A stretch of 64,000 nucleotides of DNA, from NCBI GenBank assembly GCA_950097015.1, contig CATNEN010000001.1, forward strand, positions 23,932,001-23,996,000, written 5' to 3'. Below, piece by piece: positions 12,040 to 24,200 of the stretch (within the stretch, counting starts at the first letter, position 1; every line of letters starts with the position of its first letter). A program made the position numbers and the translations under genes. A model generated the notes under the pieces. The model saw only the letters and a list, made by a program, of their open reading frames with translations, did no database searches and was not told the origin of the DNA. This stretch comes from Macrostomum hystrix. Its lineage: Eukaryota > Animalia > Platyhelminthes.

Positions 12040-13300
12040 GCCCACTGCGATGCGAAATCTCGCAGACAAACCCACGTCCCGTCATCCGTAGGACTCTCCG
12101 ACGCGCTGTGTTTTTGACTCGCTGCATGCATTCGCATGTCCTGGCCGCAAAGCCACGCAACGACTCATAGTCTATCGTTGTTTCTGGCTAGGTATGGCTA
12201 ACGACATCCAAAGGTGGGTAGCCGAAGGTCAACGGTGCCAGCAGTGCAAGACAGGTCGTCACGTCCAACGCCCGTTGCAACAGCTTCCAGCACCCTCTGA
12301 ACGCTTCACGACGGTCCATATCGATTTAGTCGGACCACTGCCACCCCCAGAGTCGACCGACGTTAGTCCCAGACCTCGCTACTTGCTCACAATGGTCGAT
12401 GCATATTCACGTACGTTGGATTGAAGCTGCCCCTCTCATTGACATCACCGCCACTTCAGTCGCGTGCGCCTTCCTAGAATCCTGGATTTCTCGGTTTGGC
12501 CCACCATTGACGCTGGTGACCGATCAGGGCGCGCAGTTCCGCGCGGAGCTCATGCAAAACCTGGCGACACTGCTCGGAATCCATCACATCCGCACTTCAG
12601 CCTACAATCCGAGGGCAAATGGCATCGTCGAGCGAAACCACCGAACATTAAAGTCCGGGCTGAAAGCACGCGGCAAGAACTGGCTGCAGCAGCTACCCAT
12701 CGTGCTTCTCGGAATGCGCATTTTTGCAGACGAGACAGGTGCATCGCCATTCTCCATCGTTACCGGTGAACAACCATTAGTCCCACCTGTAGTTGCCGAC
12801 ACCTCCTCTGTCAAGGAACTTTCCACAAGACTGCACCAATTTTTTTCCGTATCGCCAACCAGGAACGCGCGAGGTAAGAATTCATCTGCCAGCAGACTTG
12901 GCTGCATGCACCCACGTCTGGTTGCGACTAGATCGAGTTCGACGTCCCCTAGAAGCACCCTACCAGGGACCCTATGCAGTGCTGGAGAGACACGAAACGA
13001 CATTCACATTGGAAATCAACGGCAAGCCTTCTGTGGTGTCTATCGATCGAGTGAAACCAGCTACACTCCTAGCATCGGTACCAATTAGCAAAGCACCAGC
13101 AACTACTGTAACACCGGAAAACCCACCGGCAGCAAATATACGGGCTAAAACCGCTTCCCACGTTCGTTTTTCCACGCAACCATCCGTTAAACTGTTTTAC
13201 GCAACGGAACCATTATTAACGTTGCTGAAAATCATCGTTTTCTAACTGTTTCATAATGACAATCAAAACCTTTGCGTAAACTCCGTTTTGGGTGGGGGAG
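12040..13300 (+). mobile_element. Gypsy/Ty3 integrase remnant (frameshifted) ending in a polypurine tract
   Basis: Zn-finger end (CQQCK), HIDLVGPLP, TDQGAQF, TSAYNPRANGIVERNHRTLK and a GPY module (PLEAPYQGPY); PPT GGGTGGGGGAG at ~13290-13300. Confidence 0.88.
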
Positions 13301-13919
13301 TATAAGTGAAAATTGATGTACTTTCTTTCATGAGGGTGAAGAGGTACGTAGATCAGGTAGAACCACGACGGAGATGCGGCTGCAGATTGATCATTTCTGC
13401 TTACTCGTGAAGCGTTTTGGCGGCAACGAATTTATTTTTGACGGCTCGACACTGCTGCCACCCAGTCATTTTCCTAGATGAGTAGCGACAGGCGACAGTA
13501 CATGTTCTTTTGGTCGTAAAGTTATGCAAGACAAGTCTGCTTTCAAAATAGAACGACGATGTTTGTATATTTTCAGTTACTGTGCGCGCACTACAGATTG
13601 AACATCTATGTTTGAAAATACGCGCTCGTAAATTACCAGCGTTGCTACTATGAGTAAATCAATAAGTTGCGTGTTGGGAAAATACAGAAACTAATAAAGT
13701 AACAAATCTCGATGGATACTACGAGTATTATTGCAGGCACCACTCAATACAGAAATCAAGCAGAAGCGCATGCAATGTATAATTCGCATTTTCACTTGGT
13801 CTAAAAGCGATACTCATTAACAATAATTTGATGTGACAGTGTCAATTGTACGAGTGTTGAAATTATTTTTGTTAAATCTTCTAATTTGGTAGAAACTAAT
13901 GCAACTTCCGTAACTAAAC

Positions 13920-14310
13920 GACCCAAATTCCACAGACTCACCGTCATACATCCTGTTTAAACACGGAGTTTCGTCCGCCACCACCACAAATCTGATTTGC
14001 GTTTCCTGAACACGCGCTAAAGCACTGGCTCTCAGCGGCAGATCCGTACGACCCGTATGAGCTTCCGCAGTTGCAATTTTTGCTGGCCTGCAGACCGAAA
14101 AACGGATACTTTTTCGAAAAACGGTACCAGCATATGACTCCTCACGAGTCATATGCTGGTACTAATAAAAGAAGGCCCATTAAGATCCCTCGAAGTCGAG
14201 CTGTCCATGAAGCAGCCGACATAGGTGAATCGAACTGCGTGAGCAGCTGCAGCCAGGAGAGACACGCAGATTACCGCTAGCCTGAGCTTCATTTCAGTAT
14301 GCTGCTCATG
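13920..14310 (-). pseudogene. WSC gene copy 4, pseudogene (exon 1 only)
   Basis: Homologous to exon 1 (ICVSLLAAAAHAVRFTYVGCFMDS...RDLNGPS...YDG|gtgagt) but with stops and frameshifts; no PAN exon follows. Confidence 0.85.
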
Positions 14311-14399
14311 AGGCATTGTTTCTAAGCTTCTTTTATGATGCGATCATATCCGATTGCCTCGATATCAATAAAGTTATTATTTTCCAATCGGCTGATCCT

Positions 14400-16200
14400 A
14401 TGAACAGGCATTCCTATGGCTTTCTGTGGCCCTTCTTGATCATGAGCTGGTTGATCAATTCATGCGTGGGATTTGCACGAGACCGGGCATGCGGCAAAAG
14501 CCATTTTGCATCGGACCAACGACTCTTTAATTGGGAAGCAATGGGCAACCTGAATAGGAACCAGCCAAACGTTTGGCACGACTTGTCCCGCTTTGTTTGC
14601 GAAAAGCTGTGCACTTTGCTCCAGAAGCTGTCCTGCCGTGCTCATCTGCGAGAACAGAACTCGCGTTTCCGGATCGCACTTTGACTGACCCATAAGTCTT
14701 TCTTTGTTAAAGGGGCGGGTCCACTGCAGGCACTCCTGCACGGAGCTGCTGCAAATAGATCAAATTAATCATCTTCTGCTGCACTGCTTCGCAGACGAGA
14801 GTGAGCATCCGCCACAGAAATCTCTTCCGAACGCTTGCGTAGTCGTAGTGGACGACTAAGTCGTAATCTCTGCACTCCAGCCGATGCCGCCGGAGGTATA
14901 GCTCGCTTGGGATCAAATGTGACATTCAGAGGGCGGTGGTTTGTGCGAAGCACGTATTTTTTTTCCTAAAAAGGTATTTGTGTAAGCGCTTGACAGCCCA
15001 TACAATGGCTACCGCTTCCTTTTCTATTTGGGCACGGTTGCGCACTGCAGATGTCAGTGCAGCGTCTTGGAGATAAACATCAGAGGTCCATTAGACTGCT
15101 CAAGCACGGCATCCGAACCGCATCCATAGTGAGGTAGATCTTGCCGATGTGATCGAACGCATTAACTCTTCAGGGTTTATCAGCCGGTCTTTAATTTGTT
15201 TCTGTTATTACCAAGTCCATTTCACTCCAGTTCGAGTCAGTTTTGTCAGCGGCTCATTTAAGCTCACCAGATCCTTGATGCGGCGGCCGTGAAGCTCCAC
15301 CATGCTGATAAATGACTGGAGCTGTCTCAGGCTGGTTAGGCTCCGGCGATCCCTTCAGCTTTCTCGCTAGAAGGTCTAATGCCACTCTCGCTGATCTCGA
15401 ATCCGAGAAATACCGTTGGTTGAGCGTGCACTTTCCTATGTTGACGCTCAGACCATTCTCACTCAGGGCTTCAAGCACTCGAGACAGCGTTTCATCGTGC
15501 CTGACTTGATTAGTGCCCCAAATAAGAATGTCGTCGTGTTATGACATTATATGTCGCCATACATATTGATGGAAAGCTGATCCATGCACCTCCTGGAAGA
15601 TGGCTCGAGTCAGCTTCGTTCGGTGTTGTCACTGGTCCTTTGCGTGACTTTCTTTCCCGCAGTAATAGCTCTTATTTACGAATTTCTGATATCCTGTAAT
15701 CATATTTTCGTTTTGCTGCGCGCTTGGTTTCGAAAACCTTCTCGTTCCGTATGACTGGTCTCGTCTGACACGCAGTACTTCTGTCGCTCACCGAGGCTAA
15801 CGGCTTCACACGCACTCGCAACCGCAATTCGTAATTGCCTTCTTCCAAGTGAGCTCCTTCTCCGTTAGTAACTTCCTGACAATGTCTTCGTGTAAACACG
15901 AATTGGTCTACAATTCTTCGACACGAGACGCAGACGACGAGCATATGCTGATTTGTCTTGCTTGAGATGATGAAAGGCAATACCAGGGTGCAATTTCAGA
16001 TTTTTCAGATTCTTTAGCCTTCGCTGAATCTTCGCTGAAAGCATGGCAAAGCACGAGTAGACTTGCGCTGCTACAGAACCGATGAACGAGAGCATAAACG
16101 TACCGGTCAGAATGAGCTAACTCTCTAGCTCATTCAGATCGTCGAAGTCCATCGATAACAGATACTCGTAAATAACTTGTTGATCGCCTCAAAATCCAGG
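14400..16200 (-). mobile_element. Highly decayed Gypsy gag-pol remnant
   Basis: Gag-like AFHHLKQDKSAYARRLRLVSKNC, RT HDDILIWG...LSENGLSVNIGKC and RNase H AQIEKEAVAIVWA; many stops. Confidence 0.65.
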
Positions 16201-17110
16201 CGCCTATGTACTTAAATATTAATACAGTATCAGTATGTTATATAGTATAGGCTCATATTATCTAATGTCAGCCTAATGACGTGATACTAAACGAAAGTCA
16301 AGTAAGATACTAGGATACTAAGGTAAGTCAACGTATAATACATTTTTATCAAAATATTTGGCTTGTGCTATTGTCGCGTCAGTCTAGTTCTTTATGCTTC
16401 TGCATGGTGGCAGAAACTATACCCTTTCATACGACTATTGATGTATTGGCCTATTGGAGTTGTTTATTTATATTAGAATAGCAGGCGCCTAAAGAAAAAT
16501 CAGCTCGTTTAAACTATCCTTCTTAGCTGACGTTTTCTTTCGGACTGCTCTAGATCTAGTGCTACGGCTATGTAGTTAATTCGCTACTATATCTTAGTTC
16601 CTTTCGGCTTAGGCTCTTTTTGGCTTCATAAGCATTAGGCACAAACAGCCTACATTGCAGAGGTCACAAGTGGCCCATGTCACATCGGCATGATTTCTAT
16701 TATCGCTGAGTTAATTTTATAGTTAAACAAATTTAGCGCCAGATTAAGATAATATTAAATCCTAGTAAGAGCTTTAGGCTGCTTCTATATGCATAGTGGA
16801 CTAAGATACCCGTCAATTTCAAATACGTCCAATGTAAAATAAGTTTATGAGAGTCGAATGATTTAAATGGCTTATAGTTATCAGTTAGGTCGATCGTTAT
16901 AATTTATTATTTGAGCGTCGGCGACCTCGTCTCGTCAATGGTTTTTTCATATCCGATATATTTAGTACTTATTTGTTGGCAATAAACTTGAATATTAATG
17001 TCTTACTTACGCCATTTTTATCACGAGCTAAGTGAGTATCTATTTAAGAGAGGATGACGCTAGTTACAGTCTCAACAGCTACGACGACGAACATGTGCAC
17101 GACGTGCAAA

Positions 17111-20100
17111 CAAGGACCACTAGAAGAAGAAGGACGGGACACTTCGTTTCTTAGAAAATTTATTAAAGGCTGATTTTTACGGAAAAATACACTAGCGAGA
17201 TAGGCACTTTTCACTTTTTTCACCTTAAAACGTTGATAACTTTTTATTGGAAGCAGATACAAAGCTCTTCTTTTGATATAACTTACAAAATATGTTGCTT
17301 CGACGAATTTTATAAAGATTTTTTCATGAATAATTGATCTTCATATTATTTTAGTTACTATATCATGCAGCAATTATAGTATGTAGCTAACTAACTAGAA
17401 ACTAGTGACTAACTTGAATTTTACCATCTGTTTAATCGAATGCATCTATTTATTAGCAATATATGATTAAAAATAGTTGGTTATAATTGTATGCCCAATT
17501 CACTGCTTCTTTATTTTAGTTTTATCCTGTCAATATAAAATAAATTTAAATATATAGCTACCTATATTACATATAGACCTACTAGCTATGCCTAGACCTA
17601 GTTATATGTTTATCAATAATCAAGACAGTATCTATCTTGTTAAGAATTGACAGTTTTTATACTTAATGAAATGTATGAATCTAAGCAAATGATTTAATTT
17701 TAAACCAAGCTTGTTCTCTCTTGTTTTTAGACTTTAGCTTATTTTAGCTATATTGACATTATCTTTACATTAGCTAGTTTTTCCAGTATTTATTAAACAA
17801 TGATAGTTATTTGCTCTGATTTTATCGAGATGTTCTTATTTTTATTTTATATTTTTTTAATGTAAACAATGGCATCGTTAACTGAAGTGTTTTTTTAATT
17901 TGTAGTGAAATTGTTTATTTCCTATTCATATTATTTTTTTTGGGTTCAGGGTTTGCACATGGCTAGCTATTATGTCATGAACTTATCCAATATTCTATTT
18001 TAGCCATCTATTTGCCTATCTACTGTAATTTTACATTCCTTTTTTTAACAAGTATAGTATTTTTATGGCTAATATTAGCTTGACTTGGCTGTTGATTTTC
18101 ATTAAATTAATCATTTTTATTTCCAATTGAAATTAACAGTCCAGAAGTTGTAAGTAGGCCTATTGTATTTTTTGTCTATTGGGGCAATATTATTGCCAAT
18201 AAATATAAGTAATAGCACTTCCACAGTCTATGTTTGTAAGCTTTAAATTTTCAACATTGAAACATTTAATTAAAAAAGATAAAACAAGAAGTGTTACTTG
18301 TTCCTTATCATATTTTAGCTATAATAAAGTTTTGCTTGCACTGACACTAGTACTCAGAGCTTTTGCTATTAATGTTATGCCCATTAAGATCTTCAAGGTT
18401 GATATGGCCCAGGTAAGCTATCTGGCTCTCATTCAGTAGTAGACTAATTCTGCTATGTATTAGTGTGTAATGTTAGAATATTTTTGGTAATATTATTTAT
18501 TGTATTTACTATAGTAAGAAATTGTAAAATGTTCTTGCTATTGTGGCTCTAGTATGTTTTTTACCTTTTTTGCCATTGCAGGGAAAGTCCATGCCTTTCT
18601 GCTTTGTGCCAACACCACTGCCCCAGTTCTACCTACCTGTGGTGGAGCCCCAGCCAGTCAGAGAACAACCTGGTGGAGCTTCTGGGCTACCTATTTGAGA
18701 GCCTAGCCTGGAGCCTAAGGACCTTGTTCATGTTTACTGCATTTTCAACCAAGTGCTGTGGTCACCAGCTAGACAACCCCATCCAGTCAGTCTAATCACC
18801 ATGTGATTGATGCCCCTTGCAAGGTAGTAAGCCTCTGACTGTCCTCATGGACATACAAAGACATGTAGAGAAAGATATTACTTCATGTCTATATAATTTA
18901 AGATCATATAGATACTATTTTTGTCTCAATTGTGAAAATTGCCTTGAATTTGAAGAATCATTTGTTATAAAGAACAATTTAAATCCATTTATTCTACTTC
19001 AGTTGATTTTGAGATTTCTTTTACATTTTTCTGATTATTGTGTATTGAAATGAGTTTCTTTTCTCAATAGTGCATGTGCCATGAGGATGTCAAATGGAGA
19101 ACAATAAATGGAAGTAGTTGCAGCTTTTTATATCTTTGAATATGAGCTCATAGTATACACATTTTACTTATGACTTAGTGCAAAAATGTGTTCAAGTAGT
19201 GCTGACCTTTCATTTTTTATCGTCTTTTATTGTTAAGATGCCTATGCAGTGTTGTGTGCCACAATAACAACAATGACAACAAAATACACTGTCAGGTAAA
19301 AAAAGCAGTGTCACAGTGCATGCTTCAGAGCCTGGTTGCAAACAAACACTGCATTGCCGGCAGTGTCTGGGGCACCAGCATAGGCCAGCAGGCAGCTTCT
19401 TTGATATGGCAATGATGTTCGTCATGGTCCACTCTGTTCATCACACAGGCAACCTCACTGGCCACACAGTGAATATGCAGCACCTTGATGGACACCTTGT
19501 CTGGACACAGCGCTTTGCTGCCTGGCTTCTTCTAGGCAAACATCACGACTTCAGCCATGGTGAATGGTGCAATGTTAAAACTGTCCTTTGACCGCAACTG
19601 AGTCTCTGGTGGCAGTGTCAGGATGTTGGGCAGTGGTGGCAGCGCATTGACTATGGCAGCAAAGAACTCACGTAGCTTGTTACTGTGCTTATGCACAGTA
19701 CTGCCTGCCAGATTCAGTTGGATGCGCCACTTTTGCCCTGTCAGAGCATTAATGGCAGACCAGGCCACATGCCATCTGGAATCATGCACCACAATGAAAA
19801 AGTAATTGTGACACAAAGGATAAAAGGACCACAGTTTTTTCCTTTTCTAAACAGAAAAATGAGTTTGAGGCATGGCACAAAGCTTTACCAATTTCAATAA
19901 AGGTAAATAAATCCTTGTTAATAAAAGAATTGCATGTATTCAGGGGTGTTATTAAGATTTTTTTATTGGGTGGCGCCAATAGGGATTTAGGGGTGCACAC
20001 AAATGGGAATTGGAGGGCTCTGTGATGGGATTTAAAAGAAAGCCAATTTTTAAAGAAAAAAACCCTTCAGGCCCCTAGCCAATTATGCCATTGTTTTCAT

Positions 20101-20837
20101 TAAATAATAGAAAAAAATAAGAACGTCTTGATAAAATCAGAGCAAATAACTATCATTGTTTAATAAATATTGGAAAAACTAGCTAATGTAAAGATAATGT
20201 CAATATAGCTAAAATAAGCTAAAGTCTAAAAACAAGAAAGAACAAGCTTGGTTTAAAATTAAATCATTTGCTTAGATTCACACATTTCATTAAGTATAAA
20301 AACTGTCAATTCTTAACAAGATAGATACTGTCTTGATTATTGATAAACATATAACTAGGTCTAGGCATAGCTATTAGGCCTATAAGTAATATAGGTAGCT
20401 ATATATTTAAATTTATTTTATATAGAAAGTATAAAACTAAAATAAAGAAGCAGTGAGTTGGGCATACAACTATAACCAACTATTTTTTAATCATATATTG
20501 CTAATAAATAGATGCATTCGATTAAACAGAGATTGTAAAATTCATGTTAGTCACTGGTTAGCTTCATACTATGATTGCTGCATGATATAGTAACTAAAAT
20601 AAAATGAAGATCAATTATTCATGAAAAAATCTTTATAAAATTCGTCGAAGCAACATATTTTGTAAGTTATATCAAAAGAAGAGCTTTGTATCTGCTTCCA
20701 ATAAAAAGTTATCAACGTTTTAAGTTGAAAAAAGTGAAAAGTTCCTATCTCGCCAGTGTATTTTTCCGTAAAAATCAGCCTTTAATAAATTTTCTAAGAA
20801 ACGAAGTGTCCCGTCCTTCTTCTTCTAGTGGTCCTTG
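17111..20837. mobile_element. Non-autonomous DNA transposon with ~760-bp TIRs (foldback type, P- or hAT-like), 8-bp TSD CGTGCAAA
   Basis: 17111-~17875 is the reverse complement of ~20085-20837 (termini CAAGGACCACTAGAAG...CTTCTAGTGGTCCTTG). CGTGCAAA flanks both sides (17103-17110, 20838-20845). No transposase ORF. Confidence 0.9.
19330..19830 (-). mobile_element. Short decayed LINE-like fragment inside the long-TIR element
   Basis: AWSAINALTGQK...LREFFAAIVNALPP...FNIAPFTMAEV...KPGSKALCPDKV resembles the linker upstream of non-LTR RT domains. Confidence 0.5.
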
Positions 20838-21248
20838 CGTGCAAATAGTACATTTACATTTAAAATATAACTTGGGACTTATTAGGCATATTGCGGAAGG
20901 AGTGAAAGCACTTCTGAAAACATGACTAAACAGTTTAGGGGTAAATTGCCGTAATGCATGATGATACATTTAAAAATGAAGCAGATGTAAACGACACAAA
21001 AATTCGTTATACTAAAGGACCAATATCGCCGATGGAATCTAAGGACGGGACACTTCGTATCTAAAAAATAATTCAACGGCTGATTTTCACGGGAAATTGC
21101 ACTACTGAGATAGGGACTTTTCACTTTTTTACCCTAATAAGTTAATAACCAAATCTATTCTTTTAATATATCTAGCAAACTATGTTGTTTCTATGACTTT
21201 TAGAAAGCTTTAGGCCTACTTAAGAATAATTGGTCGTCATGATATAAC

Positions 21249-24200
21249 TGTTGTGGGTTTCGTTACGATAATTCCGTAAATAGTTTTCTAGAACTTTCTA
21301 CCACTTGTTATAACACTCTGTTGTTTCCAGAATCTTCTCTGCGCCTCCCCCGCGGGCTATCTATGAGAACTTTCTAGAAAGTTCTCCCACTCGCTCCCCA
21401 GGCTATAAATAGAAACCCCCGCGCGGTGCACACACTCAAGACCTTTCCAGTATTTAATAATACTGCTGTTACAAATATACGCTTATCCAGTCGACTGCCG
21501 AGTGCTCCTTTCGGCGCTATACTTACATTTACCAACACTACAATCGGAATCTCTGTATTCGTTACTTCAAGAATACAACAGGGATTTTCTGGCGTCGCAA
21601 GCAGGATCTTGATCAACTTCGAGGACGTCTAATCTACAACGACTGTCACTATTTACCGAAGGATCAAGCTACTACAATCATGCCCGAAACGATGCAAGAC
21701 GAGGATATAATCAGCCTCCTACGGCAGCAGATGGAAGAAGAGCGCCAACAGCGGAACGCTGACCGGCAGATGATGCTCGACCTCATTCGGTCTCTAAAGC
21801 CTGCAGCGGACCAGTCCCAGGCTGCAGCTTTGCCGACGCATGTGACGACGTCGACTCCGAGTTTCTCGCCATTCGACGCCACGTCCGAGCTCTGGCCCGA
21901 CTACTTGGCCAGATTCTGCACCTTCACGGGCGCGAACTCCATACCCGACGACAAGAAGGCTCAGGTGTTCCTGACGAACCAGTCTCCGTCTGTCTACAAG
22001 CTTCTCTCAAACTTGGCAGCGCAGCAGACGCCGCGGAAGGAGATCAACACGCTCACTATGGACGAGATTGAGAAGTTCATGGAAGAACAGTATGACACCA
22101 AGCGCTTCATCGTGCGGGAGCGTTTCCGGTTCTGGAGCGACATGCGGCGGAAACCGGGTGAGACGATCCAGGAGCTGGCTGCGAGAATCCGCCAGGATGC
22201 AACCACCTGCGATTTCTCTTCCATCAAAGATCCACTGGACGAGGCGCTGCGCACGCGTTTCATCTGCTCAGTGAGGAACGAAGCAGTACTCAAAGCTTTG
22301 TTCAAATTAAAGGTGGAAGAGCTCACGTTCGCCCGGGCTGTCGAGATCGCCATCGAGACAGAGGAAGCCGCCCGAGTCGCCAAGGAGACGGTTTACGACG
22401 ACAAATCCAGCCCCGTTAACAAGGTTAAGCAGAAGGTTCGGCGACCCGGAGCCACTTCGGCGAAATTTACGACAGATTCTACTGCTTCCAGGTCTACTAC
22501 TGACTCTGCGTCTGGTTCGTGCTACCGCTGCGGAGCGAAGAACCATCGGGCAAACGATTGCCGATTCAAAGACGCGACCTGCCGGCACTGCAAAAAGGTG
22601 GGTCACCTAGAACCTGTCTGCCGTTCCAACGCCAAAGGATCTGCCCCTGCGGCGAACTTCAAGAAGCCAGTGAAACAGGTCGAGGAGCATGTGCTTGTAC
22701 GTGCTGTAGCCCAAACCGAGGACGACCTGACTAAGCTGGAAGTGTCGATCCACATCCAAGGCAAGGCTCTCGCCATCGAGGTCGACACTGCGACAAACGG
22801 CAACTTCATCACAGAGTCATTCTGGAAGAAGCTGGGGACGCCGCCGCTCGAAGTAGCGAAGTCACGCTACGAGTCCGCCAGCCGACACGACTTACCTGTA
22901 CTAGGTACCTTCGTCGGGAAAACGACATTGCCTGGCTCAGCTCCTGAGCACGACATCCAGTACATCGTCACACAGGTGCCCGGCTTGAATCTACTCGGCC
23001 GGACCGCCACGAAGCTGTTGGGAATCTCCGTCGACAAACTGCTCGGCGCTGCCAGCGCCATTCAAGAAGTCAACGCAGTGTTTGACCACCTGCCGCCGGA
23101 CGAGGCTCTTCAAAAGGCCTGCCGAAATCTTTGCGACGAATTCCCGGACCTGTGGAAGGACGAGCTGGGTTGCCTCAAGGACTTCAAGCTCGAGTTGCAG
23201 TTTAACCCGGATGCAAAGCCGGTGTTCCGGAAGGCTAGGCCTGTCCCCTTCGCCATCCGCGAGGAGCTCGAGCGCGCCTACGACGAGGGCATCAGGAGAG
23301 GCATCTGGGAGCCTACTGACTTCAATGACTACGGGACGCCCGTGGTCCCCGTGCGAAAGCCCTCGACCGGCTCAGAACAGCCGAAACTGCGAGTCTGCGG
23401 AGACTACTCGTGCACTATCAACCCGCAGCTGGAAGACAACCGTCACCCGCTGCCCCTCCCAGAGGAACTGCTACAGAAGCTGGGAGGCAGCTACTGCTTC
23501 TCAAAGGTAGATCTGGCCGACGCCTACAACCAGATCGAGTTGGGACCGATGAGTCAGAGGCGCCTGGCACTGAGCACCCACCGGGGTGTGCTTCTTCAGA
23601 AGCGGCTCGCTTTCGGCCCGAAGTCTGCAGTGGGTGAGTTCCAGTTCATCATGGAAATGGTAGCCGGTGATCTGCCCGGAGTCGTTTTCTACTTGGACGA
23701 CTACCTGGTCGGCGGCGCGACCGCTGATGAGCATCTCGCAAACCTACGCCGGCTTTTCCAATGCCTTTCTGACAAGGGACTTCGCTGCCGACGGGAGAAG
23801 TGCAAATTCGCCATGCCCAGCATCGAGTACCTTGGCTATGTACTGTCAAAAGAAGGCATCGCAAAGGGAACCAAGGTGGACGCTGTCCGCGAAATGCCTC
23901 CACCAAAGGACGTGTCCAGCCTCCGGTCATTCCTCGGCTCGGTCCAGTTCTACGCAAAGTTTCTGCCGCCAAGCATGGCCACGATCTCCGAGCCGCTGTA
24001 CCGGCTCACCAGGAGGGACACACCGTGGACCTGGAAAGACGCAGAGCAGCGGGCCTTCGACCAGATCAAGGAGGAGCTCTCGTCGGACAACGTGCTGGTC
24101 CACTACAATGCCGACCTCCCTCTCGGGCTCTCCTGCGACGCATCCAACGTCGGGATCGGCGCCGTCCTGTTCCACCGCTACCCGGATGGTAGCGAGCGGC

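Noticed and set aside
17044-20925. Duplicate short ORFs MYLLPIKSYQRF... on opposite strands
   Set aside because: They are simply the two arms of the long TIR.
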